Virus record (IMG/VR): IMGVR_UViG_3300037521_000114
Coordinates: 37,195-101,194 of that record
Direction: 5' to 3' (one strand)
DNA length: 64,000 nt
From: a virus
The notes beneath the pieces are model-generated. The model was not told where the DNA came from. It saw only the letters and a program-made list of their open reading frames with translations, and did not search any database. A program made the position numbers and the translations under genes. Positions 10,755 through 21,961 of the stretch are shown piece after piece (position 1 is the stretch's first letter; every line of letters begins with the position of its first letter).

Positions 10755-11253
10755 AGCGTCTGACTTTAGGGTTCTGTTCGTAATAATCGACTTCATTGTC
10801 ATCATTCTTAATAACCTCGGCAAGAAGTCGTTTGTTCGCTCTGGTCATTGTTAATGAGTATGCAGTATTGTTGATAGTTAAACAAGTTGACTTATCCCAA
10901 AACCACTTCACATTGAATCCATTAAAGTGTTTATTCAAGTGGAATACAAGTTGTTTACGCTTCTTAGCTTCATCATCTCGTGCCCACAACTCCTTCGTTG
11001 ATTTCCAATCAGGTCTTAAATATCGCTTATCAATGTCACCTTCAGGAGTCATTGCTACAACAACCTTCTGTTTTCTTATCCCTACATCACCCAACGAGGG
11101 CATGTGGAAGTCTTTTCCCTCTAACATGATACTTTGTATCACTTGATCAGCAAAGTTCTCCCATACACGCTTAAATTGTGTGTAAGGAACAGGTTTAGTA
11201 ACACTATGTTTATAGAACCTGTAAATATCTCTAAGCCCTTGCTTCTCCTGCAT
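10738..11253 (-). CDS. IHF/HU-like protein of the crAss tail module
   Basis: Helix followed by FHMPSLGDVGIRK arm resembling IHF/HU; conserved position in crAss-like tail clusters. Confidence 0.6.
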   Translation of the reverse strand: MQEKQGLRDIYRFYKHSVTKPVPYTQFKRVWENFADQVIQSIMLEGKDFHMPSLGDVGIRKQKVVVAMTPEGDIDKRYLRPDWKSTKELWARDDEAKKRKQLVFHLNKHFNGFNVKWFWDKSTCLTINNTAYSLTMTRANKRLLAEVIKNDDNEVDYYEQNPKVRRYERKN

Positions 11254-11944
11254 CTAATGTATCGGTTGAATCATTAACTACGTCACTCGGCACAGCAGAC
11301 TGCGGAGCCATGCGACCTTTGACAATCATTTCTTCAAGCATATTTCTCATTGCCATGCTAATAGGATATCTTCCATTGTCAGAATAAAGACTATCTCCAT
11401 TCTGATCTTTGAACATCGCCACTTGAGTAGGGTTCTGGAATACTCCGATAGCATCAATGAATTGAATAGGTTTATGATAGATACTATTACTGATCAGGTA
11501 AATCTTGCTATCCAATATGAAAGCGTATATTTCATTTTTATTGAAACGTCCGTTCCCTGAATAGATAGCACGATCATAGCTGACAAGGTTGAACTTGTGA
11601 GACTTTCTCTCAGCAGGTCCAATCCTTGTAAACGTACCTTCATAGTTCCTGCGATCTACTGTCTCAGGAATTTCGAGGAGTGTTCTAAGCAGATATTTCT
11701 CAGACAGAATATCAGGATGTATCGACGAATCCACTTGTTCAGTTTCGAGTGCTCCGAGTGACTGAGTGAATACATCATCTATCACTCTAAGATTCTTATC
11801 GAACTTCTGCTTCAACAGCATAGCTCTGGTACTATGTATCAGAGACTTAATCTGATCCATCGAGATATTATCGTCATCACCAATCTTACCCCTGATAGAC
11901 TCGAAGATGCTGTATGCTATATCATTTAGTGTTACGTGGTACAT
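11231..11944 (-). CDS. Tail ring protein
   Basis: 237 aa; TLNDIAY..RAMLLKQ, GVFQNP, YPIS pattern; synteny. Confidence 0.65.
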   Translation of the reverse strand: MYHVTLNDIAYSIFESIRGKIGDDDNISMDQIKSLIHSTRAMLLKQKFDKNLRVIDDVFTQSLGALETEQVDSSIHPDILSEKYLLRTLLEIPETVDRRNYEGTFTRIGPAERKSHKFNLVSYDRAIYSGNGRFNKNEIYAFILDSKIYLISNSIYHKPIQFIDAIGVFQNPTQVAMFKDQNGDSLYSDNGRYPISMAMRNMLEEMIVKGRMAPQSAVPSDVVNDSTDTLDAGEARA

Positions 11945-11955
11945 CGTTTTATAAT

Positions 11956-12237
11956 TTAAAAATCAATCATAAATTCCGTATGACAGATATTATTTATCTG
12001 TTGAGCTACATCCCTTGCCTCTTCGGTAGTGAAGAAGTTCACGTTCTCATAATCATCAGAATCAAAGTAGTCAACTAAAATTCGGACAAGATACCTGAGA
12101 ACTCTAAACTTCATCATTGGACAGTCAAGTTCATCTGTCCCTAACCGTTGAGCGTGAGCAAGACCACTTCCGTACTCTACATAGGCGTTCCTAATATTGT
12201 AGAGATAACCGTTTATTTCATCTGCCGTTGCTGCCAT
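11956..12237 (-). CDS. Putative tail hub protein
   Basis: 93 aa helical protein in the tail cluster; assigned by position only. Confidence 0.4.
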   Translation of the reverse strand: MAATADEINGYLYNIRNAYVEYGSGLAHAQRLGTDELDCPMMKFRVLRYLVRILVDYFDSDDYENVNFFTTEEARDVAQQINNICHTEFMIDF

Positions 12238-12243
12238 TAGGTT

Positions 12244-12675
12244 TTAAGTGTTTAGGTCGTCCTTAACCTCTTCAGCTTCTTCAATTTTCAAAGGAGCTTT
12301 TTCAGTTGCAGGTTTTCCGTTTGAAATAATTCCGAGAGCTTTCCAGCTTCTCATTTCTTTTACTGATACTTTCAAACCTTTCAGCTTGTTAAGTGCGAAC
12401 GCTGGAAATACAATATCTACCTCAACGTCCAAGAGTTTCCGCATTTCTTTTGAAAATGCTTCAGGGTCAGCAATCTGGAAACGCTCAGGATTGTCCTCGG
12501 AAGGTTTTCCGTTCTCCTTTACGTACTCATCACGCATCTTTTGAAACTTGGTAATAGCCTTCTCAACTTCGTCAAATGTCTCAGCTAAATCCCATGCGAG
12601 TTGTGCATCGTCAAACTTAGTTTCGACAAGGGTTTTCAGTGCTTCTTCATTAGCCACTAATACTTCTAATTTCAT
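12244..12675 (-). CDS. Hypothetical protein downstream of the tail fibre (possible assembly chaperone)
   Basis: 143 aa, charged and helical. Confidence 0.5.
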   Translation of the reverse strand: MKLEVLVANEEALKTLVETKFDDAQLAWDLAETFDEVEKAITKFQKMRDEYVKENGKPSEDNPERFQIADPEAFSKEMRKLLDVEVDIVFPAFALNKLKGLKVSVKEMRSWKALGIISNGKPATEKAPLKIEEAEEVKDDLNT

Positions 12676-12699
12676 AATACTTTTTGTTTTTTGTTAATA

Positions 12700-15600
12700 C
12701 TAATTGTTATTTAATTGTGCTCTAAGATCGTCAATTTCCGCTTTTAATTGCTGGATCGCACGATGATAATATGGAAGAATATTAAATTCATCCATACCAT
12801 AACGATCAATCTTTTCGATAAACGGGAACATATCCGGAATCACTTCCATACCTTCCTGTGCAATCCATCCAATAGCCTTTTTATTATCTGCTTTCCATGT
12901 AAAACTTTTCGGGTCGAACCTCATCAACGCATCCAGAGCATCTACCTCGAACGGTTTAATGTCTTTTTTATTCCGTATATCAGAGGTAGTATAAGAAACC
13001 TGACCTGATGTTGTATTGTACCTCATGTAATATGTACCTGTTGCACTCGCAAGAGTTCCCATGTAAATATCCCCGGTAGATGTAATCGAGAAGTCACCTG
13101 ATGCTAAGGTAGTGAAAGATGAACTGGTGTGAATCTGGAATATACTTAGTCCAGCATCCCATCCCACTACAACATTGGTACTACCATTGTACCTGAAGTG
13201 TATCCTTGAGTCCTGACTTGAAGCAGACTGTAGATAAATGAGAGCAGTAGATGTAAGAGCATCAAGAGTAAAAGTTGCTGATGTACTACCCCACATAGTA
13301 AATATATTGGTATCAAACTGATAATAAGGAGCTGTTCCAAGAGTACCGCCTGTACCAATATCTACAACAAAGGCTGATGTACTGTCATCCCATCCATAAG
13401 TACAGACAATACCTCCTGCTTGTTGAGCAAGACGAATCCTTATATCCTCAGCAGTTCCTTCAGAACGCATATAGAATATTCCATCCGACTGTGCTGCAAA
13501 TGCTTCGTAATAGGTTCCGGTATTATTTGCTCTTAGTCCAACAGTAAATACTGAATCGTGACTTGCAGTAGTAAGCTGACGACAACTAAGCTGTACAATA
13601 GGTAGCCATGATGTTGCGGCATTATAAACTCTTAATTGAAGTTGAGCAAAGTTGGTTGTTACATTACTCACAGAAGTATTATAGATATATAAGTTAGCAG
13701 TATTTACAGCCGTTGCACTGTAAGCAGTATTATCATTGGTCTCAAAAAACACTTTACCTGCATTGGTCATCTTGAACCTACTTGCTGATAGAGTTCTTCC
13801 TACTCCTGTTGGATAAGCACCACCAGCAGCAAGAATAAAAGCGTCTAAAGCATCATCAAATCCAAAGATGTATTTTGTAGTACCTGCTTCACGAAGCATT
13901 AAACTAAGGTCTCCTCCATTGTTTCTGAACCAGTATGTTGAATCGTAATCTATAGATAGAACATTTTCGTAATCAGTTGTGCCTCCACCTCTGAGCATAA
14001 TATTAAATCGAGCCTGTTGTGTAGTTGCACTGGTTCCCTGTACTGCTAAAACGCAATAGTTATTCTTACCAACTCCGGCAGTACATTGTAGAGATATAGC
14101 TGTGTAATCATTTAATCCTTCGTTACCGGGAGTTCTTGAAATAACAAGTGTTCTATTTGGTAATGATGTTGGATAATCTACCCATGCTGAATATGCGTAA
14201 TTATTGAACATTGCAATAGCTACATCACCAGCATCAGGTTGTACATAAAATTTTACAGTTGCATTGGAAGCTAAACCTACACCTATATTACCTGCATAGG
14301 TAATTCCATTGGCATCAGTTGTCCACTGAGTTGCAACGGCTCCAATAGCAGCAAAAATTGCACTTGATGCTGCAATATGATCAGCATCGTTAGTAAGAGT
14401 TGTCTCGATGGTATCAACACCTGTTCCTGCTGAGAGAGATAATGTATTAACTTCTAACTCTGTTCCATCAAACTCCATGTTAGCATTGGTCGTAAGCTGA
14501 CCTGAAGCTGCTGTATAAATAACTCGACCACTTGTTGATAGTCCGGAAACCTTTAGAGTAGGAACAGTAAATGCTCCTGAAAAATATCCTACTGCTGCGG
14601 TATAAAGGAAGTCTGTACCACCACCGTTCATATATGGAACCTCACCACTGAGTCCAAGAGCAAGAGTCTGAGTTGAAAATGACAGATTCGCTTGCATATA
14701 TGTCTCAATCTGAGTAACAGTAGCCTCTGTCAGGATTCCTGAACTTTGTCTGAGCCACGTATCTGTACCTGAGATTGCACCACCGGGAGTTTGACTTGTA
14801 ATGATTGATGCCTGAGCTACTTGACCACCATCACCTGTACTTGTTACCTGTCCTGTATGGTTCGGGTGAGTGTAATCATTAAAGTTCAGATTTGCATTTA
14901 AGTAATTATCAAGTTGTCCAAGAGCAATTTCATACAAAGTTCCACTATCCTCCATCAATAAATTCTCAGACCCAACTACTGAAGCCTTTGGACCCTGAGC
15001 AGTGATTGCAGTAGAGTTAAGTGACTGTGCCCCATCACCAACTGAATCTACTTGACCACTGTGATTCGGGTGAGTATATGCTTGAGCAGCTACATAATCA
15101 ACAACTGCTCCGGATGTCGGTAAAGCACTATCGAGGTCTGTTATTGTAGTTTGGATAGCATCAATAATAGCTGCACTTGATGAAAGTTTTAACGATCCTA
15201 ATATTGCATCTACGGTTACAGTTAAATCTCCTGTTACAGTAAGTAAACTTCCACTAAATGTAAGGTTTCCACTCGTAGCTAAAGCACCTGTTGCTACAGC
15301 AGAGGTAACAACTTCTGGTTGTGTGGCAGCAGCCAATGCTGGAATAGTCACATTTGCAGCATACAAGACTCCCATTTCATACCTAAGAGCTGATACATAA
15401 TCAAAGTCATCAGTTGTCGAGTTCACGTATGGTATCTGATACTGTGCTCCAAATGATATTCCCGGAGGTAATGCAGCGAGAGCATCAAATACGGCTCCGG
15501 ACGTTGGTAAGTGCGTGTCATCATTTGTCAGGGAAAGTTCGATTGTATCAACTTGCTGACCACCTGTAAACTTGAATGATCCGGTGGTAGTGAGTGCTGA

Positions 15601-18600
15601 TACTGTAACTCCTCCTGTCACACTAAGTAGAGTTCCACTGAAAGTAAAGTTTATACTTGTTGCAAAAGCTCCTGTAGCTACTGTTGAAAGGATTGGTTGA
15701 GCAGTAGAAGCTGCTGCGAGAGATGAAACAGTTATTCCACCTACAACGTTCAGGACTCCTGTAGTATAATGGAGAGAAGAACTGTAATCAAAGTCGGTTC
15801 CACCCGCATTTACATAAGGAATCTGACCTACTGTACCTACAGTAAGGCTGCTTATCAGAGAAGAAAGGAGAACTGATCCGTTTACTGTGTCAGTAAATTG
15901 AAGTTCACTTGCACTTTCATCAATATATGTGTTGGTATCATTGAAATATAGAGTGGCAACAGTCGGAGAATCAGTAAATTCAAGTGCTGTTACTCCTGCA
16001 TTTACTTGAGGAATCTGTAACGCTGCTCCTATATATGATGCAGGAGTATCTGTAAGAGCTAAGAATGTAGTTACACCTGTACCTCCTGCTCCACCACCTG
16101 CACTTGTATTTGGAAGTTTGCCTCTAAGGTCTTCAGTATCATAAAGTACCCAAAGATCATTCTTATATGTGAAGGTAAACCTTGCAATCAGGAATCCTAC
16201 TCCTTGAAATATTGATGGAATAGTATATACTGCATAATTTGCAGGGTCTTGAACTGCTGTATCAGGAGTATTAAACGAATAAGTATCTACAGGCAAGTTC
16301 ATCATCAACTGAGATGGTTCTCCTGCTGAGTTTACTACACCCCAAACTACAAATGAGAATGAAGTATTATTCATACTGACTCCAAGTGCAGTGTCAAGCT
16401 GTGTATTTAGATTACTTATAGCTACATAAGGTGTTGTATCATGATTTACTACATGAATATGACCTGATACTTCAAGATCAAATGCGTCAAATGGTTGAGG
16501 GTGCATCTGAAAGATTGATCCACTTGTCACTGTCAGCCACACATCATCAGGAGTAGGACCAGTATCAACAGTTACCACACCTTCTGTACCAGTATCCCAT
16601 TGAGAATCAAAGCGTCTTAATTTAGCTCCGATGTGAGCCAAGTGACCTTGACCAGCAGTGTCCTGAAGGTGATCATTAAAGTTCTGATTCCTTAAAGGTC
16701 CATCGGTTCCTGTTGTAGTTGCTGATTGAAGAACAATCTGAGCAACTTTAATATGCTCTACTATTGGAAATCCAACTGTACTGAGTGTTAGAGCCTTAGT
16801 AGATTCAAGAATATAAACATAATTGGTTATAGGATCATCATCATCTCCGGCAGTAAGGATTATATCAATAGTTGAACTGGTATCCACCAGATGAAAACCA
16901 TCTTCAAATAGATAAGTCAGCCAATCATTTCCCTCTTGGTCATCAAGATGTCCTGTTATAACTCCTCCTGCTTCTGTTACTACGAACGAAAATGACTCCC
17001 TGATTGTACCGTTATGGAAATTATCGAAGGTATCATTGAAACTTCGTGTAAGTGATACAAATACTTCACCGTCAGGAGCAGTACTATTATCAACAACACC
17101 ACCGACAGATATGTTATACGATGGGAACTCAGGTCTTACATTGGTCAATTCTCCGGGAGTTTCAGATACATATAATTGATCTCCAAGAAGCCATGTTTCA
17201 CCAACTGAACCACCACTACCATCACCACCTCTTGCACGTCCAAATCTGGTAGCAAGACCGACCTCACCATCAGGAATATCCATAGTGGCTACCATAATGG
17301 TTCCCTCTACGCCTATCCATACAGATGCGTCTGTTTTCTGTACTGTAGGTAATATGAGACTACCTACCAAGAAACCTGCTTTAGGTCTTAAAACAGTGAG
17401 ATTATCAAGTTGTCCTCCTGTGTCATTGTAGATAAGAAGGAATATTTCTTGTCCAACCTGCAATACTGGACCTAATCCGGTGTCAATATTGAGGGTATAT
17501 TCGTTATCATTCCACCAAACGAGACCTTCCAGAACGCCTACAATAGCAGAACCTTGTTTAAATAGAAGTGATTCTACTGCACCTTTCTTACCTGTACCAA
17601 TATCTAAGGTTGTACCATCCCAAGTGAGATCAGTACTTGTTCCTAACGCACCTGTAGCAACTGCGGTTGTAACGAGTTGTGCTATTGAAGATGCTGCAAT
17701 AGCTGAGACATTGATATTTGGAGCATTAAATACTCCGGTTGTATAATGAAGTGAAGGAGAGTAGCTAAAATCAGTTCCCCCTGCGTTCATATAAGGCATT
17801 TGTCCAACAGTCCCAAGACTGAGTAGTTGAGACAGTTCAGCAAGTGTTTTTGTGCCTGTTACTCCATCTGTAAATTCAAGATTATTCGACCCATCTTTGA
17901 TAATGGTAGTGCTTCCGTCGATTACGAGTCCACCTGTGGCATTTATAGAGCCTGTGGTTATGATGTTTGTTCCATTGAAAAGGAAAGCTGCACTGTACAG
18001 GAAGTCATCTCCACCAGGATTCATATAAGGAACCTGTGTGGTAGTTCCGTAAGAAGCAAGTCCTAAAGATGCTACGCTTCGTTTGGTAAGTAATCCTGTA
18101 CTATCGTCAATACCAAGAAAATGATCTTCGGTATCATCTGAACCAAGTGTGGGTGCAAAAATTTGACCTGTTTGATTAAATTCCAACATAGTACCTGCAC
18201 CATTTACATACATCTGTAATGTAGCATTTGCAGGTGTTGCATTATATGCCCAAATCAATCCTCCATAAGTACCGTTTGATTGTCCAAATAGGAATCTGGA
18301 CTGTCCGGTTAAATGACCAACTGTTAAATCTGTCCTTGATGTCCCTGTAGCATAGTTGAAAGCTGTTCCAACCTGAAGAGAATTTCCTACAAATAGATCA
18401 TGATCAGTAGTAACAGGACGAGAGTTTGCTCCTACATCTAATGTCAATGAAAATTCTCCATGAGCACTAAATGTCTTTTCTCCTGTAACAGTCTGATTTG
18501 TTGTAACAGTCACATAATCTGTAATAACAGAAGCAGCGATTGCAGCAGTTATTACATCATCGTTTACTAAGGCATCGGCTGCACCTGTGAGTGCAGTATC

Positions 18601-21168
18601 CTCAATATGAACGACTTTTGCTCCTGTTGCTAAGAACAGTTGCATGATCTGAGCCGATGTATTAGCTATAAATGTATCAGTATCTACATCAGAAGCATCA
18701 ATATTACTAACAGTTAAAAGACCACCTACCCAAGTGAAACCTGATGTGTAGAAAAAGTTGTTTGGACCTGAGTTCATGATCGGTATCTCTCCTGCTAATC
18801 CGAAAAGGACTTGTGTAGGTAAAGCGTCAAACACTGCTCCGGAAGTTGGCAAATGAGTGTCGTCATCTGTTAGAGTGGTTTCAATAGTATCAACAGTAGC
18901 TCCTGTGGTGAGTTGTAATGAGCCTCCTGTAAAGGTTCCTGCTGAAATATCAAGTGTTACTACGAGATTAGAGTTCAATGCAGTCAGTGTAGTACCATCG
19001 TAATACAGTTTGTTATCCTTTATCAACTGTCCGGTCACTAAATCACTGAGTACCAGTAGAGGTGTAGTAGGTGCGATCAGTGCTGCAACGTAGATATTCG
19101 ATACCTTGAGTATGCTTGAGTCATATATCAACCCTGTTGAATATGAGAAATTTGATGCTCCATCAGAAAATGGAATCTTACCAATGCTTCCTATACTGAT
19201 TACACTGTTAGGTCCGGGAACCCATTCTCCTCCATTCCACGTCAATACTTCAGATAGATTCGGTGCAACAGTGCTTGTATCAACATCAGAATGAGTGTCG
19301 ATTGATCCGTCAGCAGAAATTTTAAGGGTGTTTAAATCTACTGCAACATCAACTTCATCAATAGCATCTTGGACATTTGTTGCTGCAAGACCTGAACCTG
19401 AGTTATCATAGCTTACATCAGCAGCAATAGCACCTCCGGGAGCAGCTTCCCAATAAGTACCGTTGAACGTAAGAACGTCATTGAGAGAAAGAGAGGTAAT
19501 GTTTACATCAGCATTATCATTTAATACTTTTATAGGAGGAACTCGTACAAATGTATTGTGAAGATTTCCAACATATACATCAAACGTTTTTGCTGGTCCT
19601 TCTGTACCTAATTTTGTACAAAGAATGTGAGCACGGAATCTGGTAGTAGCTGGTATTATTATCTCTTCTCTTAGAGTACCAGATACATTGATATTGTATC
19701 TCTGAACAGAACTCATGTTTCTAATATCACTCTTCAATACAGCAAGAGGACGTACACCGAGATCACCAACTGGTTCTGATAGTATTCCGGAATCAGTAAC
19801 TACACCTGCTGAATCAGCAAGATAAATTTCTACAGTAATTATCTCATTTGCTCTACCATCATCTACCTCTACCTCAACTCTTCCGTTATAAGTACCTGCA
19901 AAAAATCTTTGAGGAAGTGGAAACGCATCACTGAGAAAGTCACTTGGAAGAGGAAGAGTCTGATTATCATCGACTATTACACTGAGTTGAACACTTCCGA
20001 CAGTACCTTTATCTTCTAATTTTACTGCATAAAAGGTTGCAGCACCCGATGCTGCATCTCCTGTAAACCATTGATTCTGATGTACGATACCAGCAAGATT
20101 CAGTTCACTTACACCAATAGGATAGATCGTGGAAACGAATATAACTCCGTCAGAATTACCCTCTACTGCAACGATACCTATTGCAAATGGATTATCAACA
20201 GGTTCAACATTGGTCATCTCTCCGAAACTAACAGGATCGACCCACAAAAGGTCTCCAACTGTCCACGCTGAAGTATCTACACTTTTGACATATCCGTATG
20301 TAACGAGCTTGAATTTCCCTGTGACACCACTGACAGCAGTAGTATTCAGTCCAAATGGAATACCTTTACGTAGGTCTCCTGCTCTCGGTCTGCTTACTTT
20401 CAGGAAATCAGGATCGGGAATATGTGTCCCAACAACCATATAAACCTTTGGAGTTGACGCTGGTACAGGTGTTAATGTCTCATCAATGACGTTTATAAAT
20501 ACCTCTTGTCCAAGATTTTGAACCTGTCCGTCGGTAGTTGGAGGTAAATAATAGGTATCAGTACCCGGATCGTAGTTTACTGTTGCAACAAATGTAAATT
20601 CTAATCCGGTTTCTCCACCGTTTACAGTAGCATATCTACCTGCTTGACCAGTATAATCACTTGGAGTATCGTCCAGTTCAAGAAAACTCTTAGCGTAAGT
20701 CAATGCAACTTCATCTATAGCGTCCTGAACATTGGTAGAAATCATTGGAAAAGATGGAGCAAATGTAACAAGTGCAGCAGCATAATCTGCATATTCACCT
20801 ACCACATCTCCTATACGACCAAAGACTGAATCTACAGGAAAATCTATAAGAGCGTGTATATCTCCGTGATAATACTTCTGTGTGTTTGAATCATAGTGGA
20901 GAACGTCATTATTCCCTCTAACCTTATCAACATCAATGAGTTCAATGAGTCTATTTACTCCGGAATAATTAGGAGTAGAAGGAGTTTCCAATAGAATTAT
21001 ACCGTCAGTAGGAACTTGTTCTGGAAGAGGTATTGGATCACTTACCTGAACGATCCCATCTGTCCCAACAAGAACTCCGGGAGAAGGTGTTACTTCCGGA
21101 AGCACAATCAAAGGCGTTGATCCTACAGGTGGAGTTCCTGCTCCACCACCGAGTTCTATGATAGCCAT
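12700..21168 (-). CDS. Giant tail fibre/spike with C-terminal intramolecular chaperone (peptidase S74)
   Basis: About 2820 aa, T/G/S-rich and repetitive; C-terminal TSDIRNKKDIKP...GWIAQE...coiled coil; likely start MAIIELGG at 21168. Confidence 0.85.
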   Translation of the reverse strand: MAIIELGGGAGTPPVGSTPLIVLPEVTPSPGVLVGTDGIVQVSDPIPLPEQVPTDGIILLETPSTPNYSGVNRLIELIDVDKVRGNNDVLHYDSNTQKYYHGDIHALIDFPVDSVFGRIGDVVGEYADYAAALVTFAPSFPMISTNVQDAIDEVALTYAKSFLELDDTPSDYTGQAGRYATVNGGETGLEFTFVATVNYDPGTDTYYLPPTTDGQVQNLGQEVFINVIDETLTPVPASTPKVYMVVGTHIPDPDFLKVSRPRAGDLRKGIPFGLNTTAVSGVTGKFKLVTYGYVKSVDTSAWTVGDLLWVDPVSFGEMTNVEPVDNPFAIGIVAVEGNSDGVIFVSTIYPIGVSELNLAGIVHQNQWFTGDAASGAATFYAVKLEDKGTVGSVQLSVIVDDNQTLPLPSDFLSDAFPLPQRFFAGTYNGRVEVEVDDGRANEIITVEIYLADSAGVVTDSGILSEPVGDLGVRPLAVLKSDIRNMSSVQRYNINVSGTLREEIIIPATTRFRAHILCTKLGTEGPAKTFDVYVGNLHNTFVRVPPIKVLNDNADVNITSLSLNDVLTFNGTYWEAAPGGAIAADVSYDNSGSGLAATNVQDAIDEVDVAVDLNTLKISADGSIDTHSDVDTSTVAPNLSEVLTWNGGEWVPGPNSVISIGSIGKIPFSDGASNFSYSTGLIYDSSILKVSNIYVAALIAPTTPLLVLSDLVTGQLIKDNKLYYDGTTLTALNSNLVVTLDISAGTFTGGSLQLTTGATVDTIETTLTDDDTHLPTSGAVFDALPTQVLFGLAGEIPIMNSGPNNFFYTSGFTWVGGLLTVSNIDASDVDTDTFIANTSAQIMQLFLATGAKVVHIEDTALTGAADALVNDDVITAAIAASVITDYVTVTTNQTVTGEKTFSAHGEFSLTLDVGANSRPVTTDHDLFVGNSLQVGTAFNYATGTSRTDLTVGHLTGQSRFLFGQSNGTYGGLIWAYNATPANATLQMYVNGAGTMLEFNQTGQIFAPTLGSDDTEDHFLGIDDSTGLLTKRSVASLGLASYGTTTQVPYMNPGGDDFLYSAAFLFNGTNIITTGSINATGGLVIDGSTTIIKDGSNNLEFTDGVTGTKTLAELSQLLSLGTVGQMPYMNAGGTDFSYSPSLHYTTGVFNAPNINVSAIAASSIAQLVTTAVATGALGTSTDLTWDGTTLDIGTGKKGAVESLLFKQGSAIVGVLEGLVWWNDNEYTLNIDTGLGPVLQVGQEIFLLIYNDTGGQLDNLTVLRPKAGFLVGSLILPTVQKTDASVWIGVEGTIMVATMDIPDGEVGLATRFGRARGGDGSGGSVGETWLLGDQLYVSETPGELTNVRPEFPSYNISVGGVVDNSTAPDGEVFVSLTRSFNDTFDNFHNGTIRESFSFVVTEAGGVITGHLDDQEGNDWLTYLFEDGFHLVDTSSTIDIILTAGDDDDPITNYVYILESTKALTLSTVGFPIVEHIKVAQIVLQSATTTGTDGPLRNQNFNDHLQDTAGQGHLAHIGAKLRRFDSQWDTGTEGVVTVDTGPTPDDVWLTVTSGSIFQMHPQPFDAFDLEVSGHIHVVNHDTTPYVAISNLNTQLDTALGVSMNNTSFSFVVWGVVNSAGEPSQLMMNLPVDTYSFNTPDTAVQDPANYAVYTIPSIFQGVGFLIARFTFTYKNDLWVLYDTEDLRGKLPNTSAGGGAGGTGVTTFLALTDTPASYIGAALQIPQVNAGVTALEFTDSPTVATLYFNDTNTYIDESASELQFTDTVNGSVLLSSLISSLTVGTVGQIPYVNAGGTDFDYSSSLHYTTGVLNVVGGITVSSLAAASTAQPILSTVATGAFATSINFTFSGTLLSVTGGVTVSALTTTGSFKFTGGQQVDTIELSLTNDDTHLPTSGAVFDALAALPPGISFGAQYQIPYVNSTTDDFDYVSALRYEMGVLYAANVTIPALAAATQPEVVTSAVATGALATSGNLTFSGSLLTVTGDLTVTVDAILGSLKLSSSAAIIDAIQTTITDLDSALPTSGAVVDYVAAQAYTHPNHSGQVDSVGDGAQSLNSTAITAQGPKASVVGSENLLMEDSGTLYEIALGQLDNYLNANLNFNDYTHPNHTGQVTSTGDGGQVAQASIITSQTPGGAISGTDTWLRQSSGILTEATVTQIETYMQANLSFSTQTLALGLSGEVPYMNGGGTDFLYTAAVGYFSGAFTVPTLKVSGLSTSGRVIYTAASGQLTTNANMEFDGTELEVNTLSLSAGTGVDTIETTLTNDADHIAASSAIFAAIGAVATQWTTDANGITYAGNIGVGLASNATVKFYVQPDAGDVAIAMFNNYAYSAWVDYPTSLPNRTLVISRTPGNEGLNDYTAISLQCTAGVGKNNYCVLAVQGTSATTQQARFNIMLRGGGTTDYENVLSIDYDSTYWFRNNGGDLSLMLREAGTTKYIFGFDDALDAFILAAGGAYPTGVGRTLSASRFKMTNAGKVFFETNDNTAYSATAVNTANLYIYNTSVSNVTTNFAQLQLRVYNAATSWLPIVQLSCRQLTTASHDSVFTVGLRANNTGTYYEAFAAQSDGIFYMRSEGTAEDIRIRLAQQAGGIVCTYGWDDSTSAFVVDIGTGGTLGTAPYYQFDTNIFTMWGSTSATFTLDALTSTALIYLQSASSQDSRIHFRYNGSTNVVVGWDAGLSIFQIHTSSSFTTLASGDFSITSTGDIYMGTLASATGTYYMRYNTTSGQVSYTTSDIRNKKDIKPFEVDALDALMRFDPKSFTWKADNKKAIGWIAQEGMEVIPDMFPFIEKIDRYGMDEFNILPYYHRAIQQLKAEIDDLRAQLNNN

Positions 21169-21169
21169 A

Positions 21170-21949
21170 TTAGTAGTAAAGTTTACTACCATTCTTAACC
21201 ATGTCGTCAAGAACGATAAGCATATTTATAAGTTCTTCGGTCTTGGCTATAAAAGCAGAGGTTTCGATTGCTGTCAGATACGCTCCCATGAGATCAGTTT
21301 CCATGATTTTCCACAGAGCATCACTGTCCTGACAGTCGCACCATGCTGGAATTTGTCGATATTTATCGTACACAGCGACTTTCACCTGACCATAAACGAG
21401 AATGGTGACTTCGAGAAGTTGAGTTACTTCAGTAGCACCAAGCTGATCTTCACCAGTATAAGTGACATTGTACTCAAGCGCATACAGACCATCTTCAAGC
21501 AACTCATCAGCTCCATCACCAAGTAAATCTGATGTAATGGTAAAAACCAGTTCAGATTGATCTGTAAACGGTCCAGTATTCAGAGCATATAAATCAACTT
21601 GATCTTTAACCTGTGCTGTATTTGAAACTCCTGTAACAGTTGTGTCAAGTGTGATAGCAGTAATCTCAGTCACTTTTGCAGTAACTTGTTGGAGTTCCAT
21701 TGTTCCACTGAGAGCAGCAGCCGATGTAGCTATAAATCGTTCACCAACTAAACCATTTGCAGCACCTATACCAATAAAAAAAGCAGTATTTCCATTGTTA
21801 TTTACAATCTGATATAGAGTGTTTGTTACAGTAGGAGCAGTTGCTACAAGATTTGGAACAATCGAATAGTCGTAGTTGCTGGTATCTGTCAGAACAATAG
21901 CTTTGTTATCGTTCTGCTCTTGATATCCTAAAGACATTGTAAGGTCCAT
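21170..21949 (-). CDS. Putative tail hub/fibre-attachment protein
   Basis: 259 aa; LEDGLYALEYNVT and a late CDC motif; immediately upstream of the fibre gene. Confidence 0.5.
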   Translation of the reverse strand: MDLTMSLGYQEQNDNKAIVLTDTSNYDYSIVPNLVATAPTVTNTLYQIVNNNGNTAFFIGIGAANGLVGERFIATSAAALSGTMELQQVTAKVTEITAITLDTTVTGVSNTAQVKDQVDLYALNTGPFTDQSELVFTITSDLLGDGADELLEDGLYALEYNVTYTGEDQLGATEVTQLLEVTILVYGQVKVAVYDKYRQIPAWCDCQDSDALWKIMETDLMGAYLTAIETSAFIAKTEELINMLIVLDDMVKNGSKLYY

Positions 21950-21961
21950 CTTATTTAAGTT

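Noticed and set aside
12700-21168. Diversity-generating retroelement targeting the fibre
   Set aside because: No reverse transcriptase in the window and no template/variable repeat pair noticed.
216-21526. Numerous short ORFs overlapping the large late genes
   Set aside because: Alternate-frame or antisense shadows of long genes, without independent support.
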